Source: an uncultured virus (IMG/VR IMGVR_UViG_2541047320_000011) (Duplodnaviria; Heunggongvirae; Uroviricota; Caudoviricetes). Taken from it: DNA of 64,000 bases. The notes under the pieces are model-generated. The model saw nothing but the letters and a program-made list of their open reading frames with translations. It was not told where the DNA came from and did not search any database. Below are positions 30,129 to 41,201 of this stretch, one piece after another. Location of the stretch: positions 1 to 64,000 of the IMG/VR virus record IMGVR_UViG_2541047320_000011, one strand, 5' to 3'. Numbering within the stretch: position 1 is the stretch's first letter; every line of letters begins with the position of its first letter. Both the position numbers and the translations under genes were made by a program.

Positions 30129-30428
30129 TTTTTTATAAATAGGTAACTCTTAAATTTAAGGCTAGTTAGGAGCTACGGAATTTAATTCACATGATAAACC
30201 ATTCCAGTAAATCATCTACCCTCAAGTAGTAGCTCCTCAATCCTATCATACTAAAAGTAGTTACCACTCAACATCAAAATAAGCTCTTATAGTAGCTAAA
30301 CACCAAACAAAATGTTCCTCTCAGGAACACTTGTTGGAATTCTAATACTTTCAACCATAAAAATCAACCTCTTATGTTCGATTCTAAGCAATTAAGGTAT
30401 AAACACAAGCAGTCATTTTTACAAAACC

Positions 30429-30587
30429 TTAGAGAGTCCTACATGAAGTTATAATATTTAAAAGTCTTTCATTTCTTTCTATTTCCTTTTGACTTGGCTT
30501 ACTGAATACCTGCCTTATAAATAATTCAGCGTCTTTACCTGATAATTCAGGTGTTGCCTGAATTGGTTTTATTTTATGTTGACTCAT
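30429..30587 (-). CDS. 52-aa protein (missing from the track), possibly antitoxin-like
   Basis: RBS GGAGGTGA; MSQHKIKPIQATPELSGKDAELFIRQVFSKPSQKEIERNERLLNIITSCRTL. Confidence 0.65.
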   Translation of the reverse strand: MSQHKIKPIQATPELSGKDAELFIRQVFSKPSQKEIERNERLLNIITSCRTL

Positions 30588-30954
30588 ATTGTCACCTCCA
30601 TAATTAATAAAAGAAAATTATACTTCTCAAAGTCGCCAATAGCAACGACTATTTATTACTTTTAATAATATCTAGTATTATATGTCTTTCAATATTTCCA
30701 AGTATCTTATACTTGTTATACGCATGTCATCATTGAAATAACTACAACATAAATGATTCAATTTAAAAAACAATCCAAATTGATTATCTTTAATATTTAT
30801 TAATACATCTTGATATTTATATTACAATAGAATAAACCTTCTATTATCTTATAATAATAAAAGGTTTATTCTATCTCCACACCTTAAAGGTGTACTATGG
30901 CCACTCGCCTTATCTATATTAATATAATAATAAACGTCTTATAAATTTTACAAT

Positions 30955-31248
30955 TTAATCTCTAAAACCTATCTTATAACTTATACATTCATCATCTACA
31001 AAATAAATTATATCAATGAACATAAAGAAGCTATAATCATTTTTCTTTGCCTGATTAGCCATTTTAATTATATCTCCAGTCCAAATATCATCATCATAAT
31101 TATATATTAAATGTTTTGGAATATTGACTTTATTGAATAACAATCTATTTTTGAAGTTTTCTTTATTTGCATAAATACGATTAAACTCCTTAGTAAAATC
31201 TACACATTCATGAACATCCTTAAATTTAAATATTAACTCCATATTCAC
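30955..31248 (-). CDS. Hypothetical protein
   Basis: RBS AAGGAGGTG; ~95-97 aa. Confidence 0.7.
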   Translation of the reverse strand: MNMELIFKFKDVHECVDFTKEFNRIYANKENFKNRLLFNKVNIPKHLIYNYDDDIWTGDIIKMANQAKKNDYSFFMFIDIIYFVDDECISYKIGFRD

Positions 31249-31393
31249 ACCTCCTTAATGTAAAACAAAATATTTATGCTTATAATTATCCTTGTCATAT
31301 CTCTGTCATCATTTAAATAACTGCAACATAAATTATTTAATAAAAAAAGACAATCAATTTAGATTGCCTCTAATATATACAAATTTAATTATC

Positions 31394-31762
31394 TTAATGC
31401 TTTTTTCTAACTAAATAATCCATAGTCCTCCTAAACCCGTTTTTTGCTTTCAATCTATATGCATATTTAAAATCATTTATATCACCAAATTTATTTATAT
31501 ATTTATTTATTGTATGAATTGAAACTCTTTCATAAAACAATTCATTTTCTATTATGTATTGTGCATCTTGTAAATTACATTCATTTATATTTTCAAAAAG
31601 ATGTTTAATTTTAGTCAGTAAATTAATATCTCGCTTCGTATATTCAATCATCTCAAGTCTTTGCTCATTCTTCTCTAATATATTTCCTTGAAATATTTCA
31701 GATGATTTAATTATACCCATACTTTTCACAAAATCTTTTTTAAAATTTTCCATATACGTCAT
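31394..31762 (-). CDS. Hypothetical protein, paralog of 28022..28360
   Basis: Shared C-terminal motif. Confidence 0.75.
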   Translation of the reverse strand: MTYMENFKKDFVKSMGIIKSSEIFQGNILEKNEQRLEMIEYTKRDINLLTKIKHLFENINECNLQDAQYIIENELFYERVSIHTINKYINKFGDINDFKYAYRLKAKNGFRRTMDYLVRKKH

Positions 31763-31864
31763 CCCCCTATAAAATGTACTTAAAAATACTAAATAATCTC
31801 GAAACTTATCTTTAATAATTTATTTTTGATAAGTTTCTCTTTTAAATAGGATACGTATCTTTTA

Positions 31865-31938
31865 ATTATATAATAATTTCTTTTCAGTAGAAAATCAAGT
31901 GAAAAGGAATGAACGCATAGGAAAACGGTATAAACGCA
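31865..31938 (-). promoter_or_regulatory. LytTR-type direct repeat upstream of a -10 element
   Basis: TGCGTTTAT and TGCGTTCAT with 21-bp period (31930-31938, 31909-31917); TATAAT at 31865-31870. Confidence 0.65.
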
Positions 31939-31988
31939 ATTTCAAGAATAATTTTATTCATTTTATAATTATAAATAATTTATTTTAT

Positions 31989-32693
31989 TCAAAATCTATC
32001 ACATAGAAAAGAAGTGAGACTCTTTTTAAAATTATTATATTTTCTATAAGAAATTGTAGCTTTTATCTTTCTATCACCTAAAATAACTTCTTTCCTATTG
32101 TAATTTCTAACTTCTAATAAATTTATTAAAAAGCTTTTATGACATCGAAAGAATATTTTACTAGAAAGCTTCTCTTCAATCCTTTTGATTTTAATTGCAG
32201 TAAAAAAACTTTCAGTCTTAGTATGAATCTTTACATATTTACCTAAACTTTCTATACATATTATCTCTTCTAATTTTATTACTTTTGTTTCATCTTTTAT
32301 TTTAAATTCTATTAATTTCTTTTCTTCAGACTTCTCAATGAAATATTTTAACATTATCTTTTCAAAAGAATTATATGTTATAGGTTTTAGTAAATAACTA
32401 AAAGCTCTAACATCATAACCTTCTGTAGCATACGATACGAAAGCTGTTGCAAATATTATAACAACATCCTTATCTATTTTTCTTATTTCTTTTGCTGTTT
32501 CTAAGCCATTTATACCTTTAAGTCCTATGTCCATAAAAATTATATCTGCTTTAATATAATTATTTATTAATTCTTCTCCATTATTAAAACAAATAATTTC
32601 ATATTCAATATCTTTTTTAAAGAAAATCTCTATATATTCAAACATTATTTTTCTTTGAATTTCTTCATCTTCACATATAATTATTTTAAACAT
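31989..32693 (-). CDS. Orphan LytTR-family response regulator (AgrA-like)
   Basis: REC domain ICEDE...IFMDI...YLLKP; LytTR FFRCHKSFLINL; RBS GGAGGT before ATG at 32693. Confidence 0.9.
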   Translation of the reverse strand: MFKIIICEDEEIQRKIMFEYIEIFFKKDIEYEIICFNNGEELINNYIKADIIFMDIGLKGINGLETAKEIRKIDKDVVIIFATAFVSYATEGYDVRAFSYLLKPITYNSFEKIMLKYFIEKSEEKKLIEFKIKDETKVIKLEEIICIESLGKYVKIHTKTESFFTAIKIKRIEEKLSSKIFFRCHKSFLINLLEVRNYNRKEVILGDRKIKATISYRKYNNFKKSLTSFLCDRF

Positions 32694-33023
32694 AATAATA
32701 CCTCCAATATTGCTATAAAGTTCAAACAAGTCTTTCCGGAATTATTATTTGTTATACAAATTCTAACACTTTTTCAAAATAATTAAAATGGAAAAATATG
32801 TAATAATATGTTATTTATTTTTGTTTTTTATCATTTTATTTGTTTTTTATAAATTTATATATAATATTCTATATTCTACAAATATAATAAGATTAGTAGC
32901 TCTTATTTTATTTAAAAATCTATAAGAGTTACTAATCTTATTATATTTATGTCATATTTCCAAAATCGCCAACAGTGGCGATTACTTAGTATTCTTAATT
33001 AAATCCCGAACTATAGATATTTT

Positions 33024-33737
33024 CTAATTTTTCCATGTATATACATCATCAATGTTTTCTAAATTATTAATTATTTCATAAACTTCATTAAATTTAGATG
33101 CTGGTATATCCTCCCATTTATTTACATTGTATCTAAAGAATATTTTAGTCATTATGGTTTTATAATCACAATCATTTGCCTTAACATTACATCCTCTAAT
33201 ATAAGATAATTTTAGTTTCAATAATTTTGATAACATAGTTACATTCTTAGCTCTAAGTCCAATTAGACTTTCTATCTCATTAATTTTTCGATTATTACTT
33301 TCTTCAATTCCATTAAACCTATCATCTACATACTGTGCTACAGATTTAAATCCTCCCATAATACCACCTTGTATCATTTCTAATAGATAATTTTGATTCA
33401 TATTGTATGTACCTGTTTTACGGATAGTTGGTAACACTTCATCAGTTACCCAGTCTTGAAATCTTTCAGCCTCTTCTTTTCTTGATTTAAATATTAACTT
33501 ATATACTCCACTTTCTGTAAGAAATTTCTCTCCTGCATTATTTAATTTTCGGATATGCATATTGTGCATATCTGAATTAGTCAGTTTAACTACCTGATTA
33601 TCATTAAATTTTCTAATACTGCTGTTAACATCTGAAATCTCTAAACACTCTGCCACATGTTTAGGATTGAATAAAATTTTACCATCAAACTCAAATACTT
33701 CAACTTCCTTACCTTCAAATACCATTAAATTATTCAT
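33024..33737 (-). CDS. BRO-N domain antirepressor-like protein
   Basis: LTESGVYKLIFKSRKEEAERFQDWVTDEVLPTIRKTG. Confidence 0.9.
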   Translation of the reverse strand: MNNLMVFEGKEVEVFEFDGKILFNPKHVAECLEISDVNSSIRKFNDNQVVKLTNSDMHNMHIRKLNNAGEKFLTESGVYKLIFKSRKEEAERFQDWVTDEVLPTIRKTGTYNMNQNYLLEMIQGGIMGGFKSVAQYVDDRFNGIEESNNRKINEIESLIGLRAKNVTMLSKLLKLKLSYIRGCNVKANDCDYKTIMTKIFFRYNVNKWEDIPASKFNEVYEIINNLENIDDVYTWKN

Positions 33738-33925
33738 ATTGCAATCTCCCTTTAAATTTTATTTTTGCCAAAGAGATTAGAATGATATTAATAACTACAT
33801 GCTAACCCCTTAGCAATGCCTCATTATGTAATTATTAATCTCTTCTTATGTTCCTACATCAATAGCCTCGTGTTTCACACCCCTTTAACAGTTGTTAAAA
33901 ATAAATATTTTTAATTTTATTTAGT

Positions 33926-34738
33926 TTAACAAACTTTTTCTTCTATAACAGAAATCCATTCATTCTTTAACTCTTCCACATCATTTTCAAACAGCTTACA
34001 TGCTATCTCATACAATTGAGGAATCATACTCATTTCTCTATCTATATAGTCTATCTTATTCTTAATTTTAGGTTTGATATCACAATTATTAATTCTTCTC
34101 TTCAAATCCAAATGATATTTTTTCTCAAATTCGTCATATAACAAATTCCATCTCTTACTGAAATTTTTAGGTTCTGCCTTGTATTTAACTATTTGATTAA
34201 TTCTCTGTCTTTTCTCTGCTAAACTTATATCTTCTACAAGTCCAATTATTACATCTTCTTTATGGACAACTTCTGTTTCTAATTGTTTGATTTTCTCTCT
34301 CTTTTCTTTTAGTTCTGTAGCCAGTTTTATAATTGTATCTGGATTAGATAGTATTTCTTCTATCTTTGTATCAGTCATATAAGCTCCATGCTTACGAATA
34401 GTTGGAATTACATCTATTGCTAACCATTTTTGAAATTTTAATGCTGCTTCATTTTTAGCTTTCATTCCTAACATGTAAAAAAGTGATTCTGGTATGTAAT
34501 CATCTTTCGACCACTTGTGGTCGAAACCAAACTCCTTAGAAAATTCATTCATTCTTTTCCATCTTACTGACTTATATTCTTTTTCACCTTTTTTCTCTAC
34601 CTTGCACCAACCAAATCCAATCGCTGTATCTTCAGCATTAATACCTATACTTCCATCTTCATAACTTATAGTTCTAACATTTACCCCTAGCTCTTCATTT
34701 GAAAATACTTCATTTCTTTTTTCATTTTCCATATACAC
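33926..34738 (-). CDS. Antirepressor (BRO-like N-terminus)
   Basis: KFQKWLAIDVIPTIRKHGAYMT...NPDTIIKLATELK. Confidence 0.85.
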   Translation of the reverse strand: MYMENEKRNEVFSNEELGVNVRTISYEDGSIGINAEDTAIGFGWCKVEKKGEKEYKSVRWKRMNEFSKEFGFDHKWSKDDYIPESLFYMLGMKAKNEAALKFQKWLAIDVIPTIRKHGAYMTDTKIEEILSNPDTIIKLATELKEKREKIKQLETEVVHKEDVIIGLVEDISLAEKRQRINQIVKYKAEPKNFSKRWNLLYDEFEKKYHLDLKRRINNCDIKPKIKNKIDYIDREMSMIPQLYEIACKLFENDVEELKNEWISVIEEKVC

Positions 34739-34952
34739 ATCTCACTTTTTATAAAATTTAACCAATACTTTTCATATTATTAATAATTATTTTATATTTT
34801 ATTTAGTTGTTGGCGTCAACAAAATAATTTATACATTAAAAATATGATTAGCATATTAATTCTCTATTTTTAAATAGTATCATACTTTTTCATATTTTAC
34901 AATATATTTTTAAATTTTATTTATTTTAAGAAAATGTGCATATGAATTTTAA

Positions 34953-35390
34953 CTATTCTACTGGTACTCCCAATCCATTCATAGTTGATTTAAAACATTT
35001 AGGAACTCTTTCTTGTGCCTTAGAATTACTTTCCTCCATTATATTTGTTCTAGGTCTAAATGCAGGATTATATTTAGTACTTCCATGTCCCCACACACCT
35101 CCATTTTCAAATCGCTCCATTGGAAAAGCATGTGCTTTGCTATATATATCAAACCAGCTCCCACTATCTTTAATTTCTGTAGCTACAGAATCTGATGTTA
35201 TTTCAGACACATCTATTGCATTAAGTAATTCATAAGTTCTATCATAAAGTGATGGAGCATAATCAGAATAAACTTGTTTGTTTACTTCTTCTTTTACTAT
35301 CTCTTTCATTTCTTTTCCAACTTCAGGCATAGATGCAGCAATCTTATTTTTTGTATAAGCAACCAATTCATCTAATGATTTAAATACCAT
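34953..35390 (-). CDS. Virion morphogenesis protein (HK97 gp10-like tail completion)
   Basis: YDRTYELLNAI...RPRT pattern; position. Confidence 0.55.
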   Translation of the reverse strand: MVFKSLDELVAYTKNKIAASMPEVGKEMKEIVKEEVNKQVYSDYAPSLYDRTYELLNAIDVSEITSDSVATEIKDSGSWFDIYSKAHAFPMERFENGGVWGHGSTKYNPAFRPRTNIMEESNSKAQERVPKCFKSTMNGLGVPVE

Positions 35391-35840
35391 CTAATTCACT
35401 ACCTTTTCTTTAATATTATTCATTTTTTCAATTTCTTCAGTCTCTTTTAAAACTCTGTCCTGCAATATCTCATTCTTCATCTGACCTAACTTAACCTCAG
35501 TATTCATTAATAAAGATGCAGTTAATTCATTTTCTATTTGACCTATATAATACATCACAGTTTCTAATTCACTAGATACTTCACTATTTATTAAATTTTC
35601 TATTTCAATATTTAATTCTATATTAGTCAATTTATCAATCAACATTTTAAGAATCTCTTCTTGAGACAATGCTAAATCAGGATTCTCCATACCAACCCAT
35701 ATTTTATTTAATATATCTTCCTTAGTTTTCTTATCAGGATTTCTAACTTCTATATATTCCTCTTTACCATTCTCATCTACAATTGGTATTATAGCCCTAA
35801 CTTTATCTTGTATTAATTTATCTACTTGTATTTTATTCAT
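35391..35840 (-). CDS. Putative tail assembly chaperone
   Basis: Position downstream of the tail tube gene; acidic and helical. Confidence 0.45.
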   Translation of the reverse strand: MNKIQVDKLIQDKVRAIIPIVDENGKEEYIEVRNPDKKTKEDILNKIWVGMENPDLALSQEEILKMLIDKLTNIELNIEIENLINSEVSSELETVMYYIGQIENELTASLLMNTEVKLGQMKNEILQDRVLKETEEIEKMNNIKEKVVN

Positions 35841-35853
35841 ATCTATCTCTCCC

Positions 35854-36640
35854 TTATTTTATTATTGGATATTTACACTTAATAGAAACTTTACAGTTTC
35901 CAGTAAACTTCAATATATTTACACCTCTTCTTAACCTAATCCACTTTCTATTAACAATATTGAATCTATTCTCACCATTACTATTTAAAACAGTGTAATA
36001 CAAATTATCTATTGTTATTTTTTCATTTAATCCTAATCCACTTATAACTAAATTGTCTTCTTCATTATCGCTGATAGTGGAGTTTCTAATTGTTATATCT
36101 CCTTCTTTTAGACATTCAATATCGATTACTGGAGCATATTCTTCATCTACATTAGACACATTATTTAGTTTAATTTCCCTTGTATCTTTAACAGTTATTA
36201 CCTTTTGAAAGTTCTTATAAGCATAATTTATATATGGTTGAAACTCTATTTCTAGCACACCTTTTTTATCTTTTGTATATTTTTTTATTATTTTCTTTGC
36301 TTTAAAATAATAAATTTCTTCTATATTGTCATAACTAATAAAAGGTTTAAACTCCCTCTGCCAAAACCAATTACAAATATTTTCTAATGTATAATCATCC
36401 CATTCATAAGCCTCTCCATGTTCACTACACAAACAGAATTGTAGTGTTATAGGTTCAATAGTAGTTTCATCCTCTGAGTAACAAGGATTCTTATTAAAAC
36501 TACTATCAGATTTAATTGCTTCTTCGTAGGGTAATCCATATTCATTTAGTATTTCATCATCACCTAAAGTAACTAATTTAATGTTCATGGATTCACTTGA
36601 GATATTATCAAATAAAAACTTATCATCTAAAAATACCAAT
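35854..36640 (-). CDS. Distal tail (Dit-like) protein
   Basis: C-terminal WIRLRRGVNILKFTG; RBS GAAGGTGA before TTG at 36640. Confidence 0.65.
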
Positions 36641-36708
36641 TTATCACCTTCTTTCATTTTTTTTAAGTTCAAATCCGATTAAAACCACATTTAAACGTAA
36701 AAAAATAA

Positions 36709-36732
36709 CCCCTACTCAATTAAGAGTAGGGC
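36709..36732 (-). terminator. Terminator after the major tail gene
   Basis: CCCTACTC-TTAATT-GAGTAGGG then GTTATTTTTT. Confidence 0.75.
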
Positions 36733-36738
36733 ATTTTA

Positions 36739-37557
36739 CTATTTCTTAGGTTTAGTATCTTTCTCATCTTCTAATTCAACACCTAGCATTGAAGCCATTC
36801 TAGCAGGATTAAGATTTTCATCTCCTATAAATGTGAATGTAGCATACTCTTTATTTTCATCTGGTAAAACATCTAATGTCATATTAAATCCAGATGGGTT
36901 CTCAGCAGTAAGATTTAACTCTATACTTCTTTGTGCTTTTGCATTTGGAACACTCATGTATAAAACCATATATTCACCATCCACAGTTTTAACCATTACC
37001 TCAGCTTCTACAACGTAATTTGGTGCAGTAGATTCTTCTTTTATTTTTACAACTTTTGCTTTTGGTATTTCTTCTAAATAGAATACTGCTACCTTATCTC
37101 CTGCATTAAAATCGGCAGTAGATATTGTTATTTCTGTATTAGCTCCTGTAACTGATGAAGTGAATTGTAATTTCTTAATTATAGATATTCCATCACTTTC
37201 TATACTATATACAGATATGCTATTTGCAACTGGCTTTATATTTTCTAAAGTAACTTTCTTAGTACTATCAGATGTTAATACTTTTCTTTTCCCAACCTTT
37301 GCAGTTTTTTCATCTATATCAGAAGATAATAACATCGCTAATTGTGCCATTTGTATTACTTCTTGTTCCATTGTTAAACTTGCTGTTATTGCTCCATCAA
37401 AAGCTATTGTATTTGCACCTTTAGCTTTTGCATAAACTGATTCTGAATCCAGCTTAAAGTTAAAAGCATTTAAATCCTGTGAATAAAACAATACTTCTCC
37501 TGTTACTTTATCTTTTACTATTACATTACCTGCATCTTTCACTGCAAATCTTTTCAT
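36739..37557 (-). CDS. Major tail tube protein
   Basis: 272 aa, beta-rich, ENPSGFNMTLDV; followed by a strong terminator. Confidence 0.7.
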   Translation of the reverse strand: MKRFAVKDAGNVIVKDKVTGEVLFYSQDLNAFNFKLDSESVYAKAKGANTIAFDGAITASLTMEQEVIQMAQLAMLLSSDIDEKTAKVGKRKVLTSDSTKKVTLENIKPVANSISVYSIESDGISIIKKLQFTSSVTGANTEITISTADFNAGDKVAVFYLEEIPKAKVVKIKEESTAPNYVVEAEVMVKTVDGEYMVLYMSVPNAKAQRSIELNLTAENPSGFNMTLDVLPDENKEYATFTFIGDENLNPARMASMLGVELEDEKDTKPKK

Positions 37558-37603
37558 ATTATAAAATCATCCTCTCATTTTTTTTGCATAAAAAATAGCA
37601 CTG

Positions 37604-38407
37604 CTATTTAACAGTGCTAAGTGGTATTTTTATCTCTTTAGACCAATGCTTCATTTTATCCATATCGGTTTGATATTTAAATGACCATGCAAAGCCTAAA
37701 CTTTCATCATAATTTTTAAATTGTATCTTAGTCTTATAAGCATTAATTAATTGCCAATAAGTCATTTTTAAAATCACATCCATTGATATATATCCATCTA
37801 TATTTTGAACTATATTTATATAATCACATAAATGGTATGCTTCTTTTTCTCTTTTCTTTCTTTCCTTCTCTTTAAAATGTGCAATTAACTGTTTTTCTCT
37901 TTCAGAGCCAGTATTTTCAATCCACTTATCTTCCTCATCTTTAAATAAATTCTTTTTATCAATATAAAACATTTCTAAAATTAAATCTGATACTAGTCCA
38001 AAATCCTCTCTACTTATAAAAGCATTTTTCTTTTTATCATCAAATTTAATTAAAATTCCCGTTTTAATATTATTCATATATTCAATATTTTTAATATCAG
38101 TTTTATATAATATAGATAAAGATTTTTTTATCTTATCACTAAGTAACTCAATTTTTTCAGAAGAATCTTTTCTTGATGTTAACATCATCAAATCTAAGAT
38201 AGGTATAGCATCATATTTACATTTCAATTCAAATGATTCCTCGTTACATAGCTGAGAATAGCTCTTTTCAAGTACTAAAAATGGATTGACTATCTCTAAA
38301 TTAGCCATATCAAATTTAATTAGCTCTTCAATAGTAGGTTGATATACAGTTCCTAATATTTCACTTAGTTTAATTGGTAATCCTGTAATATAATAATTTT
38401 CCAACAT
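37604..38407 (-). CDS. Virion morphogenesis protein
   Basis: Position in the head-tail module. Confidence 0.6.
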   Translation of the reverse strand: MLENYYITGLPIKLSEILGTVYQPTIEELIKFDMANLEIVNPFLVLEKSYSQLCNEESFELKCKYDAIPILDLMMLTSRKDSSEKIELLSDKIKKSLSILYKTDIKNIEYMNNIKTGILIKFDDKKKNAFISREDFGLVSDLILEMFYIDKKNLFKDEEDKWIENTGSEREKQLIAHFKEKERKKREKEAYHLCDYINIVQNIDGYISMDVILKMTYWQLINAYKTKIQFKNYDESLGFAWSFKYQTDMDKMKHWSKEIKIPLSTVK

Positions 38408-38901
38408 TACATATCACCAAAACTTTCAGCTGATACAGTTATAACAAATCCGTTATAATCCGTATTTAAATTATACATTTGATATACATTTTCTAACTTA
38501 ATCTTACCTATACCAGCTATTTCCTCATTTTGAGTTACAATATCAACTATACAACATACTAATGCAACATCTCTTAAGCCATTTGCTGTACTTTGGCATT
38601 CATCATGACAAACAACACCAATTTCTATCTTTGTTTTTTTAATTGTCCTACTTCCTTCAAAGCATGGCCTATACTCTGACATTATTATAAAAACTGAAAT
38701 ATCTGCTTCTTTTAATACTTTTTCTACTCTTCTATTTAGAAATACTTTTTTGTTTCTAAGTTCTTTAACAGGATTTTTTATATCAGGCATGGATAAAATA
38801 TCTTTTTGGGATTCATCATTATAAATCATAAATTTAGCGAAGTCTTGATTTGACATTAGAGTTGCTCCTATATTACTTATCATCTTGTTAGGGAAAGCCA
38901 T
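38407..38901 (-). CDS. Putative tail terminator / neck protein
   Basis: Position and size (164 aa). Confidence 0.5.
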   Translation of the reverse strand: MAFPNKMISNIGATLMSNQDFAKFMIYNDESQKDILSMPDIKNPVKELRNKKVFLNRRVEKVLKEADISVFIIMSEYRPCFEGSRTIKKTKIEIGVVCHDECQSTANGLRDVALVCCIVDIVTQNEEIAGIGKIKLENVYQMYNLNTDYNGFVITVSAESFGDM

Positions 38902-38915
38902 ATAAACCCATATAT

Positions 38916-39908
38916 CTACCCCCTTAGTGTTATTTTTTTAGTATCTATTGTTTTATTTGTATCTTTATCTTTAGCCAATAGCAAGGCTTCAAAGCCAGAA
39001 TATTTAGCCAATGTATTAGCCTGTATGACACATTTTTTCTCATCTTGATTAATTATATTACAATACCTATATTGCTTGTCTAAGAGCCATTCAACTCCTT
39101 GGGAATGGTCTATTCTGTATTCATTTTCTTCACCTAGATTAATAAATCCGTCCCCCATAATTTTACTAAAAGGAATAATTATATTATCATTTTCAGATAA
39201 ATCATTCCAAGCAATATTATTTATTGTATCATCTTTTGAAATCAATGCATCTTGTAAACAAATAGCTTTAATAAGACCATCTGCCCCCGTTTCTCTGCCA
39301 TTATACTCAAAGTCATTAATACTAGTAACTCTAAATGCAGTTTTACCAGTTAACATTATTCTAGTGTCAATATCTATAGTTTTAGTGACAGGATTACTTC
39401 CAAAATAAAGCTGTCTTTTTGTATCTGAGATAGAAGTATATTTATTATCTGCCATACCATCAGAATATAAGGTTAAATTTTCAACAGCTATAGGGATTTT
39501 ATACATCTGACCTTTATATTTATAATTAAAGAATTGATTGCATCTTTTTATTATAAAATGTTTATATGTATCCATTTCTTTATGTTCCTTAAATATAGTT
39601 AACCAATAACAATTATCATAGAAAAGATAACAACCCACATCTACATCTAAATCAGATTCAACTAATAGATTTTTTTCATCTAAAGCTCTTTTATCATTAT
39701 TAGTTATATCATTAATTGCAACTATAGCTCTTTTAGTATCTTCTGTTATACAAATTTCATCTATATCAGTTATTGGTACTTCAATACAGGTTGGTGTTTC
39801 TTTTAGGTATTTCTTAAAACTTAATCTAAGTTGTAATATTCTTTTTTCTTTAGGAGTTGAACAACCAAGTCCAATTCTTTTTTTAAAATTATTAATATAA
39901 CTACTCAA
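38916..39908 (-). CDS. Head-tail joining / neck protein
   Basis: Probable TTG start at 39908 coupled to the upstream stop; position. Confidence 0.55.
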   Translation of the reverse strand: MSSYINNFKKRIGLGCSTPKEKRILQLRLSFKKYLKETPTCIEVPITDIDEICITEDTKRAIVAINDITNNDKRALDEKNLLVESDLDVDVGCYLFYDNCYWLTIFKEHKEMDTYKHFIIKRCNQFFNYKYKGQMYKIPIAVENLTLYSDGMADNKYTSISDTKRQLYFGSNPVTKTIDIDTRIMLTGKTAFRVTSINDFEYNGRETGADGLIKAICLQDALISKDDTINNIAWNDLSENDNIIIPFSKIMGDGFINLGEENEYRIDHSQGVEWLLDKQYRYCNIINQDEKKCVIQANTLAKYSGFEALLLAKDKDTNKTIDTKKITLRG

Positions 39909-40536
39909 TTTTATCCCAACCTTTAAACCCTTTATATGAATACCTTGTCTTATATTTGGCAAGTTGCTCTCTAATCTGAATTTCTAATGAACAAAGTTTT
40001 GCTAACATATTAGCACCAGACTTAGTATTATAGTCTGAATCAGTTAGCATCTGCTTTAAATTTTCTTCTCTAAGAATCTTAGGTTGAAGCCACCAAATCA
40101 TCATTCCATAAGCTAATATAATTATTTCATCTAAATCAAGGTCTGAAATTATTTCTCCTAGATATTTACTCTTAAATAAGATTTCTTCCTCTGTTTCTGT
40201 TTCAAAGGTTATCGTACAGTCTTCCTCTTTATACTTTATATTATAATCTTTATTGATTTCATACTCTTTATCTGTATATTTTCCTATTAGCTTTATTTCT
40301 GCAAATTTATTATTATATTCAATAATAAATTCTGATTGGCCAATTGGAATTGTAATACAAGACTCTTCTTGTCCTATTATAGACAAATCTTTTCTACATT
40401 CGTAAAAATCAAATGTAGCCTTTTGAAGATATGAATACATCATTTCCTCAATTATTTCTTCTTCAAGTAACAACATCTCCTCATCATTTATTAAAGAAAG
40501 AAATTGTTTATATATATCTTTTACTGGTGTAGCCAT
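39901..40536 (-). CDS. Head-tail adaptor protein
   Basis: MATPVKDIYKQFL...EIIILAYGMMIWWL; position after the capsid gene. Confidence 0.55.
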   Translation of the reverse strand: MATPVKDIYKQFLSLINDEEMLLLEEEIIEEMMYSYLQKATFDFYECRKDLSIIGQEESCITIPIGQSEFIIEYNNKFAEIKLIGKYTDKEYEINKDYNIKYKEEDCTITFETETEEEILFKSKYLGEIISDLDLDEIIILAYGMMIWWLQPKILREENLKQMLTDSDYNTKSGANMLAKLCSLEIQIREQLAKYKTRYSYKGFKGWDKIE

Positions 40537-40581
40537 ATCATCACCACTCTTTCAACAAAATAGGTGATGTATAACACCACC

Positions 40582-41175
40582 CTAGTCCTCAAATAAGCTT
40601 TGTAAACCTAGTCTAGTAGCTATTAAATGTTCTTTATAGTGAGAATCAAATTTACCTTTTTTGTATAATTCGATTACCCTTGAACCTAAGCACTCTATCA
40701 AACCATAATTAGCTTTTTCTACTAGATTAACAAACTTATCATTATCTAATTTTAATAATATATGATTTATATAGTCTAAATCATATTCATCTAAATACTC
40801 ATACATATCCTTTAAGTTTAAATATTCTAATATATCTTCAACAGTATAATCATCACTATCAACATCAATTATAGTTATAAGATAGTTTTCAAAATACCCT
40901 CTATGTTTATTTGATATCTCATATAAATCAGACAATAATATAAATGTTTTTTCTCCAGCTTTATTCATTTCAAATATTAGTCTTTCATCTCTATCTCTAT
41001 AAAGAACAGTACCTGTATCTAAGTTCATTATCTCAACTTCTATTTCATCTTTAAGCTTCCTTAATTCACTTCTCAATTGTTTATATGTTTTTTTTGAACT
41101 CTTCTTTTGCAATATTTTATTTTCATTAATTTGTTCAATTTCATTTGAAACTTCTTTTTTTGCTTTTCCAGCCAT
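40582..41175 (-). CDS. Hypothetical head-region protein
   Basis: 197-aa ORF directly after the capsid gene. Confidence 0.7.
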   Translation of the reverse strand: MAGKAKKEVSNEIEQINENKILQKKSSKKTYKQLRSELRKLKDEIEVEIMNLDTGTVLYRDRDERLIFEMNKAGEKTFILLSDLYEISNKHRGYFENYLITIIDVDSDDYTVEDILEYLNLKDMYEYLDEYDLDYINHILLKLDNDKFVNLVEKANYGLIECLGSRVIELYKKGKFDSHYKEHLIATRLGLQSLFED

Positions 41176-41201
41176 TTTTAATCTCCCTTCTAATTATAAT
41201 G

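Noticed and set aside
29945..30380. LexA (GAAC-N4-GTTC) boxes
   Set aside because: Only half-sites or wrong spacing were found
34953..35840. Stop read-through or frameshift fusing the putative tail chaperone to the next gene (TAG directly followed by ATG)
   Set aside because: Simple translational coupling explains it and no slippery site was evident
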